DNA of 61,377 bases, counting the filler, from Hausera hauseri (lineage: Eukaryota), in assembly GCA_046269625.1 (NCBI GenBank). It is 11 parts of 11 records of this genome, joined end to end, with 100 filler letters (N's around TTAATTAATTAA, not from the genome) between each part and the next. Parts side by side here need not be neighbours in the genome. Positions count along the whole stretch, not along the records: positions 40,184 to 52,223 come from JBJURY010053329.1; positions 52,324 to 56,413 come from JBJURY010768540.1; positions 56,514 to 61,377 come from JBJURY010411256.1; 8 more parts are not named here. One strand, written 5' to 3'. The notes under the pieces are model-generated. The model searched no databases. It had not been told where the DNA came from and was given only the letters and a program-made list of their open reading frames with translations. Below, piece after piece: positions 51,276 to 61,377 of this stretch; position 1 is the stretch's first letter; every line of letters starts with the position of its first letter. Both the position numbers and the translations under genes were made by a program.

Positions 51276-52223
51276 TTATTTATTTTTTCGCGCGGGGCTG
51301 GGTAGCAGTAAGTTTCTTACCATATCCTTTATTCTAGTAGAAGGTCCGGTTTTATCTTTGTCATCGAATAGTTTGAACCAATTTATCTCTCTATGTATTT
51401 TTCTAGAAGCTTTTCTGATCAATTCAGTGGTTCTATTGAACTCGTTTTCCTTTAAGGGATTTTTTTGATTGCCAAGTACAAAACTATCTTCCACAATTCT
51501 TCTTTAGTGTTCTCCACCATTATTTCCTCAATTACGGCTTCACCTAGTAGATTACTTTTGTTTATCCTAAATCGAAATGTTCTCATTATCCTTGCCGCGT
51601 TATATACTGCCTTTTCTCGATCATATAATAGATCGTTTCTTGATCCTAAATAGTTCAATATTTTTATAATGTTTCTCAGCAACTCGTTCAATTCTTCGCT
51701 ATTAGAATTAATCTCGGGCATGGATAGTTGCCTCAGTTCCCGGATCAGGGCTGCATTTTGTTCAGTACCATCTCTTATTTTCCTTGGCCTTCCGATTAGT
51801 CGTCTCTGTTTCGGCGCAGTTGGTATCGTTTCATTAACTGATACTAAGTTATTCTCGAACTGCTCCTTATCTTCCTCACTTTGTAAGTAGTCAAAATACA
51901 TGGCGGGGTCTCTAGTCCCCATAATGCGTCCTACGGAATGTTCATCCCTTGCTTTCCTTACAGCCTAGTCTTTTGTTTGTTCATCGGTAATTATAGCCAT
52001 TATTCTATTTGATTCCTCCGGAATAATCCCAACATCGATTAGTAGCTCGGGTTTGTCCAGTATCCCACCTAGCAAATATAATCGATAATTTACTTCGTCC
52101 TTCCCATTGTTTTGTACTATCCATTGTTTTACTTCTCTAACCGATGTTATCGTTGTGCATTCAATTTCTCTCTTCCATTCATTCAGCTGATACCTTTACC
52201 TTAATCGTCGTTTCGGGTTTAAC
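51276..52223 (-). pseudogene. ORF with ubiquitin-like domain upstream of env
   Basis: Own translation of 51970-52205: IKVKV/YQLNEWKREIECTTITSVREVKQWIVQNNGKDEVNYRLYLLGGILDKPELLIDVGI...RIMAII; in frame (one TAG) with track ORF 51452-51922. Confidence 0.6.
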
Positions 52224-52323
52224 NNNNNNNNNNNNNNNNNNNNNNNNNNNNNNNNNNNNNNNNNNNNTTAATTAATTAANNNNNNNNNNNNNNNNNNNNN
52301 NNNNNNNNNNNNNNNNNNNNNNN

Positions 52324-53801
52324 AATAGATCAGACGAAATAGCATTAGACACAAGGACATGGTAAAGATCATTATGCAACACAAGAAAACTAATTTTGAA
52401 AATTGTTTCATTGTTTTGTGCACCAATTATTTGATTGGCTATTTTCTTTTCTAATTTTTAGACTGATTGTGTTCGGTCGAATAGTTTGGAGGTAAATAAA
52501 CCGATTTCTCACGCTTGACTAATTCTAATTTGTTTTTCATAGCATACTCACTAATGCTTTTATTTCTTTATGCCGACTAATATTGTTGCACATGGATTTG
52601 TGTTAACGTTTTGTTGACTTTTTACAGACTGCAAAAAATAAAGTCAATATACAACTGGCAAGTTACGTACAAAGAAAACAGCTCAAAACTTCCAATGGAA
52701 TAAAAGCTTCCGTTCGAACGTGGAAAGAATATTACTGCGTTCTAAGAGGTTATACGTTAGCATTCTACAAAGATGAGAACGGTACGTCATGAGATCCACC
52801 ACATTTCGAATTTTAAATCGGTGGTTGTTATTCAGTTTCCATTGACCAACCGAACATGCCCGTCCATAGTCACAATGTATACAGAGCCGAGGTTGTTCTT
52901 CCAAAAGATTATCAGAAACGACACAATGTCATTCAGCTTCGCTTTTTGGACAAATCGGAAATTTATATTGAATTGGACTCGCCCCTTGATACGAACTTAT
53001 GGTTTTCAAAACTTCAACAGAATTCCAGTAGGCTACCGTTGATAGTCGATGAGTTATATTTCTGTAGAAATGGTCGTAGATTCTGACCAGTTAGTAAGTG
53101 AACTGCCGGAATCAATTCTAGTTAAAGAATCGATCGACGTTTCCAATATTCTTGATGATGAACCTCTTACTCCTGTACGATTGTCTTTGGAAATGGATGG
53201 TCTGTTTTGACATTGATCCATTGATGTTTGATATGGATGTTTAGAACCATCTTCACAACTTCAATCACCAACCAACCATAGCACTAAAGATAAACCCAAA
53301 TCATCCACACGTATATTTTATTGCATAACAACGGACCATCTTGTAATTTTCTTGTTAAGTGTCACGACAACAGAAGAAAGAAGCACGAGGTTAGCTATGT
53401 TTTCTGTCTCTCTGCAGCCGCCATTTTACCTGCCGTTACGCGTGCCTTTCATAGCTTGCCATTATAATTTAGCACTTCCGCCGTCGAAGCCAACTCGTCT
53501 TTCACAGACTAGCAAGTTTACATCGATGATGGTCGATAGGACTCCTCCAGTTTCACCGTTACTCGTCAAGAGTCGCATGTTATCGATGGGTTACTTATTT
53601 CTTTTTCTCATTATGTGCAATAGTTGCCGGCATTTCGTTTTGCATTTACAATGGTCCACATTATGACAATTGTTGATATGGGTTTCGATTTTAGAGTCCA
53701 AAACGAAATCCATGGAACATGGTGATCACGGATCAAAGAAAAGTATTCTGCAATTTCTGAAGAAGAAGAAGCACGATAAGGACGACGGTGATGAAGTCTA
53801 G
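52324..53801 (+). CDS. Host beta-spectrin-family gene, 3' exons (PH domain and C-terminal tail)
   Basis: Spliced exons 52628-52781 and 52836-53027 give YVQRKQLKTSNGIKASVRTWKEYYCVLRGYTLAFYKDE..VSIDQ...DYQKRHNVIQLRFLDKSEIYIE......NLWFSKL (spectrin-type PH); further short exons; last exon KKSILQFLKKKK, stop at 53799-53801. Confidence 0.75.
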
Positions 53802-54638
53802 TTGAATCTGTGATGGGATTTTAGTTTTTGTCAATTTATATTTTTCATGCCTTGAACTTTTCCAGTTGCTACCTTTCGCATTATAAAATCGTGTTCAATA
53901 AATTTTGATTGCTTTTTTATTCTTTCTCGGAAATTAGAAATGATACTTTTATCGAAATTAATGTGTTTATTTAAATTTTTTTTGGTATTAAAATATAAAA
54001 CATTCTAAACTTCTGTTATAATTTTGTGGATTTGAAATTAAAACCAGCATTTCGCTAGTAATACGGCCCGACACACGATTATCTTTAGTAGAAGGCGATC
54101 TTGGAGTTTGGAACATTATCTTACGGTGATACACAGAATTTCATAAAATTCGCATAATTTTTGCAATATTGATACTTCTTGCACGTAGGATTAGTGTAGA
54201 TTGAACATTTTTGACGAAAAACAAATTTGCATACCTTTCAAGTAATTCAGTGAGCATTATCAAAATAAATTGCAGTATTGAAATAATATACAATCGTATT
54301 GAAATAATATACAATGCTTTGGAAATAAAAAGATAATGGGAGTAGTTTAATACATCGGTTGTTATTCTCAGTCAAAAAGTACGATTACGTCACGTGATCG
54401 ATCATGAACTTCAATGAATATAAAAAGTGTTCAGTATTTGTCGTAAGTGACAGATTTAATAAACATCTCCCTTTGCAAAAACTTCTTTCAAAGGCACTGA
54501 CGTTTTTTTCCAAATTAACATATATATCAGAAGCTTCAATAGACTTTATTAGATAGTGGGTCACTATTAACATGATTCATTATTGTATTTTCTGGATTGT
54601 GGTACTAAGGCAAGTTAGAGAGAATATTGAGGGATTAA

Positions 54639-54853
54639 CCCTTTGCACTCCGTAGGCGCCGCTATTGCGCCATATGCTTTCATTGCACTAATTGTATTTC
54701 TTTTATCACAAACTACATTAATTAAATAAATAAATTTATAAGAACACATCTTTTTTTTTAGTAAAACAGAAGTTCATTTTTCAGATGCTCCAACGCAAAA
54801 ATGTCACGGAGTTGCCGCACTCTTGAGTAAAAAAACACTCGGAGTGCAAAGGG
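54639..54853. mobile_element. piggyBac-family MITE (215 bp)
   Basis: Perfect 14-bp TIR CCCTTTGCACTCCG / CGGAGTGCAAAGGG flanked by TTAA at 54635-54638 and 54854-54857. Confidence 0.9.
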
Positions 54854-55364
54854 TTAAAAGCCAAATTCAATCCAAGTGAAATCACAAAATAGACTTCCAG
54901 GAATTCAGCGTTTTAAAATCAAGTATTTCTTTGAATGTTTATTTTTTAAGGATTTACTGAAATAAAAATGAAAACAACAATTTCGGTACGGTTTGGCGTT
55001 AATGATCTTGGGTAAATTTGCACGAATTTCGAAAACACTTTGAAATGTGGTTTCGAAATATGGTCAAACAATTCGGAAAACTATTCTCAAACATTTGACA
55101 AATCGACGTTTGCCCCGAATTGCAAAACAATTAAATATCGATGGTGCCTGCGTTATAGATAAGGCAGGACGACTCTTAAATTGTGAGTATACATTTGGTA
55201 GTTATTGATGTACAAGATAGTACAAGAAAACTTTTATAAATGATATAGACAAAGATATGAATGGTGTGACTGATGATGATTCGATGTTCAATAATTTACA
55301 CAAAAGTGAAGTTGATTTTATTAAGTAATGAAATGAAATATGCACAAAAATGTTAAATCTGATA

Positions 55365-56168
55365 TTAAATCACCTTAGATCGATTGCTTGGCCCAATACC
55401 TTTCCAAGGAACATACACCTGAGGAAAGTTTCCCAGTGAAGGACGCACAGGTTTCGATTCAGGCCCAAATCTGCCTCTATGGGCGTACAAATATCTGGAC
55501 AGCGCTCTCCCCTCTACGTCTGGGATGGTGTAGTAGTAGTCTGACGCTCTGTCAAAAATGCGTGGCACGCTGACTCCAGGGTAGGAATTTCTCTCCAGAG
55601 CCCGAGCTCTGGCGAGTCGACCAACATCTTTTCTCAAGATTTTCGGCCTGTGAGCCCATAGCTGAGCTGACGCAATTTCTGGTTGATAAAATGATGCAGA
55701 TCCGTAAGAGGGCTCTAAAGATCTTGCTCTAGCTGACCTCAAAACGTGTGACCTGATGGGCCTGTGAGCCCATAGCGTGGCAGTAGCTAGTGGTGCCGGT
55801 GGAGCATAGAGAGGTTGAACATGTCTTGGCGGCAGCGAGGAAGCACGGACGTATCGTGGCTCTGGCGGCGGGACGGAGCTAGCACGTGCTCTAGTGTACC
55901 AAGGGGCGTCTGCCTGTGAGAGAACGACTGGCTTAGAGGCATAGATGTTACTATTAATAGCTTTATCACTACTACTACTCGGTGCCAACAAGATCACTAC
56001 TGGTCGTGCAGGGGATTGTCTGGTCAGCAAGGGTTCAGCTACCTGGCTGTAGTGCTGCTGATGGACTTGCTGAGCAGGGAAAGGTCGGAGCACGGGAGGG
56101 ACTGAACTAGCCCGCACCCTCCTGCTGACAGCAGCTACCCGCGGGTTTACGTGCAGCTCTGTGGACAC
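55365..56168 (-). CDS. Terminal exon of host Pro/Arg/Ser-rich repeat protein
   Basis: Open GC-rich frame in AT-rich context; acceptor TTTCAG at 56169-56174; repeats RASSVPP/RASSLPP and LWAHRP...RAR. Confidence 0.65.
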   Translation of the reverse strand: MSTELHVNPRVAAVSRRVRASSVPPVLRPFPAQQVHQQHYSQVAEPLLTRQSPARPVVILLAPSSSSDKAINSNIYASKPVVLSQADAPWYTRARASSVPPPEPRYVRASSLPPRHVQPLYAPPAPLATATLWAHRPIRSHVLRSARARSLEPSYGSASFYQPEIASAQLWAHRPKILRKDVGRLARARALERNSYPGVSVPRIFDRASDYYYTIPDVEGRALSRYLYAHRGRFGPESKPVRPSLGNFPQVYVPWKGIGPSNRSKVI

Positions 56169-56346
56169 CTGAAAGTACAAGATCTAGCATTCAGGAGGAG
56201 TCACTCAACACACCAGGGGATAGAGGGGTTGACAGAGGGAATTGGAAACACAGACAGGCAGAAACGCAAACAGGGATGATATGACAATAATGATTAAAAG
56301 AATACATAAACATTTGAACTAAACCTTCTTTGTCTTACATTATAAT

Positions 56347-56381
56347 CTCTGTCTCTGTCTGTCTCTCTCTGTCTCTGTCTG

Positions 56382-56413
<32 letters not shown>
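56347..56413. repeat. (CT)n/(CTGT)n microsatellite
   Basis: Direct reading; terminates the contig. Confidence 0.9.
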
Positions 56414-56513
56414 NNNNNNNNNNNNNNNNNNNNNNNNNNNNNNNNNNNNNNNNNNNNTTAATTAATTAANNNNNNNNNNNNNNNNNNNNNNNNNNNNNNN
56501 NNNNNNNNNNNNN

Positions 56514-59381
56514 CCTTGCGCCATTCATCTTCTTGTTTCCACGACATGCTCATATTATCCTTATGCCCCTGAAGCATGTTTTCAAGCTTGAGCAATGTCT
56601 TCAAGTCGTTTCGTTAAATGTGCTGCTGCGCCTGGACCTCTAAATATATATGGTTCACTGTCCAGTCCTTTGGCATACATACAATATGAAGAGAGCTCAT
56701 GATACTGGTATGCCGTTGTGCTACCGTGTTGGGGATTAGGACTGCTACTCTGAACTGGCGGGAAAATAGCTTCCAAGTCGCAATAGATAACTATTGGGAC
56801 CTTGATCTTCTTCTCGAACTCCTTGAATTCAGTGTAGTTTTCCTTGGGAAATTCTGGCCTTACACAGTAATTGTTTCTGCAGTACATATTGTGCTCTGCA
56901 AGCTTGGTCACTGCTGAATCACCATTGAAATTAGACAGGCACCGCTTACATATTTCTATTTGTCCATGATGATTCGTAATTTGGGATCTGACTAGACGTT
57001 CAAAATTCTTTATATAAACAATGTTTCTTTTCTCCATCGTCTAGTAGGAACAGATCCCTATGATCTTCCAATTCATTATCATATATCTGCAGGGGATAGA
57101 ATTTGTCCTCCTCATCCAATCCAAAGATGTTGGTTGATATGTTGTTGATTCGACTGAACGTCTTAATTTCATCTAAGGATGGAGGGAATGTGATACATTG
57201 GAAGTCATAATTGTGCTACACATCCTTATATTGCCAAACTCGTGAAGCATTATGTTGATCAGGCACGAGTTTTGATAGAATGACATACATGAAACACATG
57301 TTGTCACTATTATGGAAATTGACATGCTTTTTTATTAGCGATCCAATCAGGGAGCTGAATATATGAACTACCCCGCATTGGGGAGAATCTTTGCGCATAC
57401 ACAAGCAATCTCTTGATGACTGCCAGAGTCCATCCGCTCTACTTACTCTGGCTCTCATCGGCTTCACGGATCAGCTTTGATTGCTCTTCATGTAGCCATT
57501 CTACTATATTGGTGACTTCACAAATGGTTCTATTTCTGGTCTTGAAGGCCCTTTTGGACTCTTCGCCATCAACATGGACGTATGTGGCCTCAAGTTTCAT
57601 ATTAGCTTTAAGGGCCTGGAGCTCAGCTATGTTGTGCTGGAGAATCCCTATTGTTTCTTCCTCTGTATACTCCAGGAACTCCTTGATGGTTGTTTGACCA
57701 GTTGCATCAATGACATATTTGCGACATTTCCTCTTTAATGCTGCAGCATTAACTGGCCTCTGTCTTTGATTCTGATGGAGCCGCTATGCCTGATGCGCCT
57801 GATTGGCCTGATGCGCGTTTTAGTCCTGCATATGGCTGTACTGCTGCAGCAGGCTGTGGTACTGCAGTCTGTGCAACTGGCTTATGTTCATTAAAGATGA
57901 TCTTTGACTTTGATGTGAAGTCAGTCAAATGATGTTTGTGATCTTCATAAAAATGTATGTATTCTCCATAACATACAGCCTCACATCCTATTGAATTTGT
58001 GTCCATAATAGCTCCATATGGCATTGTGGCAATTCTGAGGGTTGTGTATTGCACATGGATTCTATGTCATTGGATTCTTCGAATAATGCATGTTTGACCG
58101 AATATTAGAGTTCGAATAGGTAAGTATTCGACATGTATGCTCGATTTCAAATATCTAGCATCATATTCCGATTCAACATACATGACTTCCTATCCCGCCC
58201 CGCTTATAGATTTATCGATTTTCGCTTCACTGGGCTTCAAATGCAGATTTTGTTTAATTCGAAATATTGATTTTATATCTATATAGTACATTTTCATGGA
58301 ATAATTTTTATGCATAAGGGGGTTTTGATATATGAAAAATCTATTGCCGCTGTTAGATTTTTCGAATAGTTCTAACTTCGATATTCGAGCTCGAAAATAT
58401 TCGAATTTCGAATATCTGACTTGAGATTCGAGATCGCCATGATCGATTTCCTATATGTCCCCGCTAATTATAATATCGAATTTTGACTCCTTACGACCTA
58501 AAAAGCCTATGGGAAGTCTGTCCCAGTTGCACTTTGGATCGATATTATTCGAAAACTAATCGATAAATTGAAATTCTAACTGCACATTCATGTACTGCAC
58601 TATGTTTGTTCGAATGCACTCAGTCACATGTCCTAATCATCAATACTGAAAATATCGAAAAACCGATATTATTGATTTTTGCACACCTGCACGTGTTTTT
58701 GCACTGCATAGTATATATCAAGGTGCATCTCGATGTGCTCTATCTACCTGCAATTGACCCCAATCGATTCCATCAATCCTATGCTGCAGTGACAAATGTG
58801 AAAAGTGAAAAAGTGCCTTAGCAACCGTATCCAAGAGCACACTTGACTCGAGTATTTCACTGAACGATAGGACATCAAGTGCTGCACCCGCCAGTACGTG
58901 TCATATTGATATTATTGATTGTCATTTTATAGCAGAAAGGCCTATGTACGTTCTGTCCCAGTAGGAAATTATATGAAAACCAATCAATGTATTTAAATTC
59001 TAACTGCACATTGACACAGTCCATCATGTGTGGTATCGATTGCACCCGGTGCCAGGTGCTAATCATCAATATTCGGATTATCGGAAATCCGATATTATTG
59101 AATTTTGCACACTTGCACGTGTGCTGCACACCTGCCCTGTGCAGCAATCGATGTGCACTATAGATTAGCACTGTCCCATATATTCGATCAATTGTGCAAT
59201 GTGTAGCGATCGATTTGTCAAATGTCCCAAAATGTGCATAGCAACGGTGCCAAGGGCACAGTCGCCTAGCACACTACCGATCGATAGTGCAGTGTGCACT
59301 ATCGATGGACACATGTGCAAATTGATTTATCGATTCGTACACCCCCCGGAGTGTGAGGCAGACTTCCCGTTTTCCCCTACT
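56514..59381 (-). mobile_element. Polinton family A copy 2 (pPolB N-terminal part + subterminal repeats), end ...CCCCTACT
   Basis: Clear homologue of ~700-4594 (KIKVPIVIYCDLEA, SYCMYAKGLDSEP); homology ends at CTACT 59377-59381. Confidence 0.85.
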
Positions 59382-60915
59382 TGGACTGTCTGTTTTTGAC
59401 CAATCAGTAAACCTGAGTTCTTGTTTGACGAGCATGACATACTTTGTTTTTCCAGAAGAAATTTATCTGCACAGAGTCACATGTTTCTCCCATGTTGTTT
59501 CCGACCTGAATCCATGAAGACATACATGACACTATTTTAACTGTATCCGTTTTTGGATGAAATGGTCACGCTCCATGTTCCATAGTCTGTCCAGATGTGT
59601 CACTGCAACATAATGGTACTTTTCTTTTTGTTCCAGTAGCAACAAATTTACTGAGCTGCGATTTGCGTTCCGACTACGATAGATTATATCCACATGAGGA
59701 TTTTTGTAAATTTCTCTATCCGCTGGTATTTCTACGATTGTGTTGTACCGGAAAACGTTGATTTCCAGTGTCGAATTACGCCTTTCAAAAGCCGGAATGG
59801 ATTTCAGTTTCACCTGCATCCAGCTTTCATCGAAATCCAATTCAGAAAAATATTTCTGATACTGTTTTGGACGAGATGCACTGTCTGTCCACCGTCATAT
59901 TTCAATACCGCCAGAATACTGTAAAGAAAACAGTATTCGTCGTTAATATTTTTTACATTCACTACCGCGAGACTGCTTCAGGGCTGCAGGTGTCGGTATG
60001 AATGATCGTCCAGACAAATACATTATGTCACTCGACTTTGTTATGATAAAGCCGAGGGTGACAATTTTTATAATTCGCCATCCACTACCCATTTCCGCGT
60101 AGTTGGCGATTTTCTCCTCGAGCTTTTCGCCTACGTCGGCAATAAAATCATTGGCATATGGTAAAGCTCGATGTGACGGGTACCATTATTTCCTGTCACC
60201 TTCAACGTTTTCCAATTCTGCGAGTGCATAATATTGCACTTTGCAGTGATGATGGTGGTGGAATTTCTCCATTTCTGATTCCAACCGATTGCGCATATTT
60301 TGCGGAACATGTCTCAATTGCGTTGTTGTTTTTGCCGACATGTTAGCTTTTATGTCCACGTACGATATGTTCAGATCGTACTTGACTGTAATATTTGGCA
60401 GATTGGCATCCTGTTGTTGTTGTTCTTGTTGGTGCTGTTACTCGGTAATGTTTCTGATTAAGTCGTCTACTGGTTGTTGAAGGGATGCTACTGATGCTGG
60501 TTGAGTCCATAACTAGTTCTTTTTTCGACCGTTTAAACTGTTTTAAGTGGCCTTTGTGTAGATTATAAAATTATTCATAGTTGATTTCATCAACTATAGA
60601 ACAACTGTGCACCATTGTGGCGCCATAGTACTGGTTCATTACACTATGGTAACCATCAACGTCATGCACTCTTACTACAGTATCGCGAGTACGTGGAGCA
60701 ATGCACAACCGTCATCTTAGACCGATTAAACGGTCCGAGATGATGCTTGTGCACCTCATAAAAATCGGCTACGGATAGAGGGTTGGAACATCACACGTTG
60801 GACATATACGTGTCCGTGCCAATTTTGTAGTACTTCGCAATGAGAGGGACGCAATACATGGGATATTTCGTGCATTGTGAATGAGAAACAAGTTAAAGTA
60901 AATGTTAAATGTCAT
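59382..60915 (-). pseudogene. Polinton family B pPolB copy 2, N-terminal part
   Basis: Close homologue of 18915-20247 (KLKSIPAFERRN..YKNPHVDIIYRSRN; SGWRI). Confidence 0.88.
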
Positions 60916-61074
60916 AGAAATATATATATACTCTATAATTTAAATTAAAATTCACTTAAATCGCACCTTATACTGCTCCATCTATGGTGATGGTGGTTGT
61001 TGTGGTGGTCTCAGGGCTCCACTTACTCGGCTATAAACATTTGCCATACTCAGCACTTATTTTGTATAAATCAA

Positions 61075-61344
61075 ATGGAAGAATATATTGAAAGTGAAAT
61101 TCATAGATTGACCGATGATATTTTGACCGGACATGTGTTTGATGTACAGTTGTTATGTGAGCTCACAGAAACGGGAATAATGAGCAGGCGAGAGTATATT
61201 GAATTAATAGTCAGATCTCTCTTCGTAAAACGTATCAAAGGTGAAATGAGACGAAAACGACAACGACGTATTAATTTCCTCATTGGATTTGTATTTACTG
61301 CTTCGCTTTGTATTGTAATGAAAAAGTTGATTTACCGTATTTAA
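61075..61344 (+). CDS. Small protein with basic patch and C-terminal TM helix, divergent from pPolB
   Basis: Intact 89-aa ORF MEEYIESEI...RRKRQRRINFLIGFVFTASLCIVMKK; TATAAA at ~61032. Confidence 0.5.
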   Translation: MEEYIESEIHRLTDDILTGHVFDVQLLCELTETGIMSRREYIELIVRSLFVKRIKGEMRRKRQRRINFLIGFVFTASLCIVMKKLIYRI

Positions 61345-61377
61345 TCAGAAATTTTGTTATGTTTGTTTTCGTGAATC

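Larger units (their letters stand above)
40500..52223 (-). mobile_element. Large virus-like Ty3/Gypsy element with class III env upstream of pol and multiple accessory genes (5' truncated by contig end)
   Basis: Tightly packed same-strand ORFs: UBL ORF, glycoprotein, PR-RT-RH-IN, FN3-TM protein, orphan ORFs, RING; LTR-like promoter region at left. Confidence 0.8.

Overview
Eukaryotic (animal, AT-rich, ~35-55 nt introns; a flatworm-like invertebrate is plausible but unproven) sequence made of 11 contigs joined by identical 100-nt spacers (N44-TTAATTAATTAA-N44), so adjacency across spacers cannot be trusted. It is dominated by degraded mobile elements: (i) Polinton/Maverick (adintovirus-like) pieces from at least two families: protein-primed PolB in four copies, penton, core protein, major capsid, adenain protease and three ends reading AGTAG inward, with one Polinton nested in another and one in a hAT transposase; (ii) several Ty3/Gypsy elements, including a compact 4.2-kb element with AGT...ACT LTRs; (iii) Tigger/pogo, hAT and Penelope fragments and a piggyBac MITE. 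Host genes are a rapunzel-like gene, the 3' end (PH domain) of a beta-spectrin-family gene and a GC-rich terminal exon with RxxS repeats. The most striking object is a >11-kb virus-like Gypsy element (contig 40184-52223, minus strand) with the order ubiquitin-like ORF > chuvirus-type class III fusion glycoprotein > PR-RT-RH-IN > FN3 type-I membrane protein > orphan ORFs > RING finger > probable LTR. A separate contig places intronless IAP (BIR-BIR-RING and UBA-RING) genes immediately upstream of a gag. All assignments come from motif recognition by eye; no searches were run.
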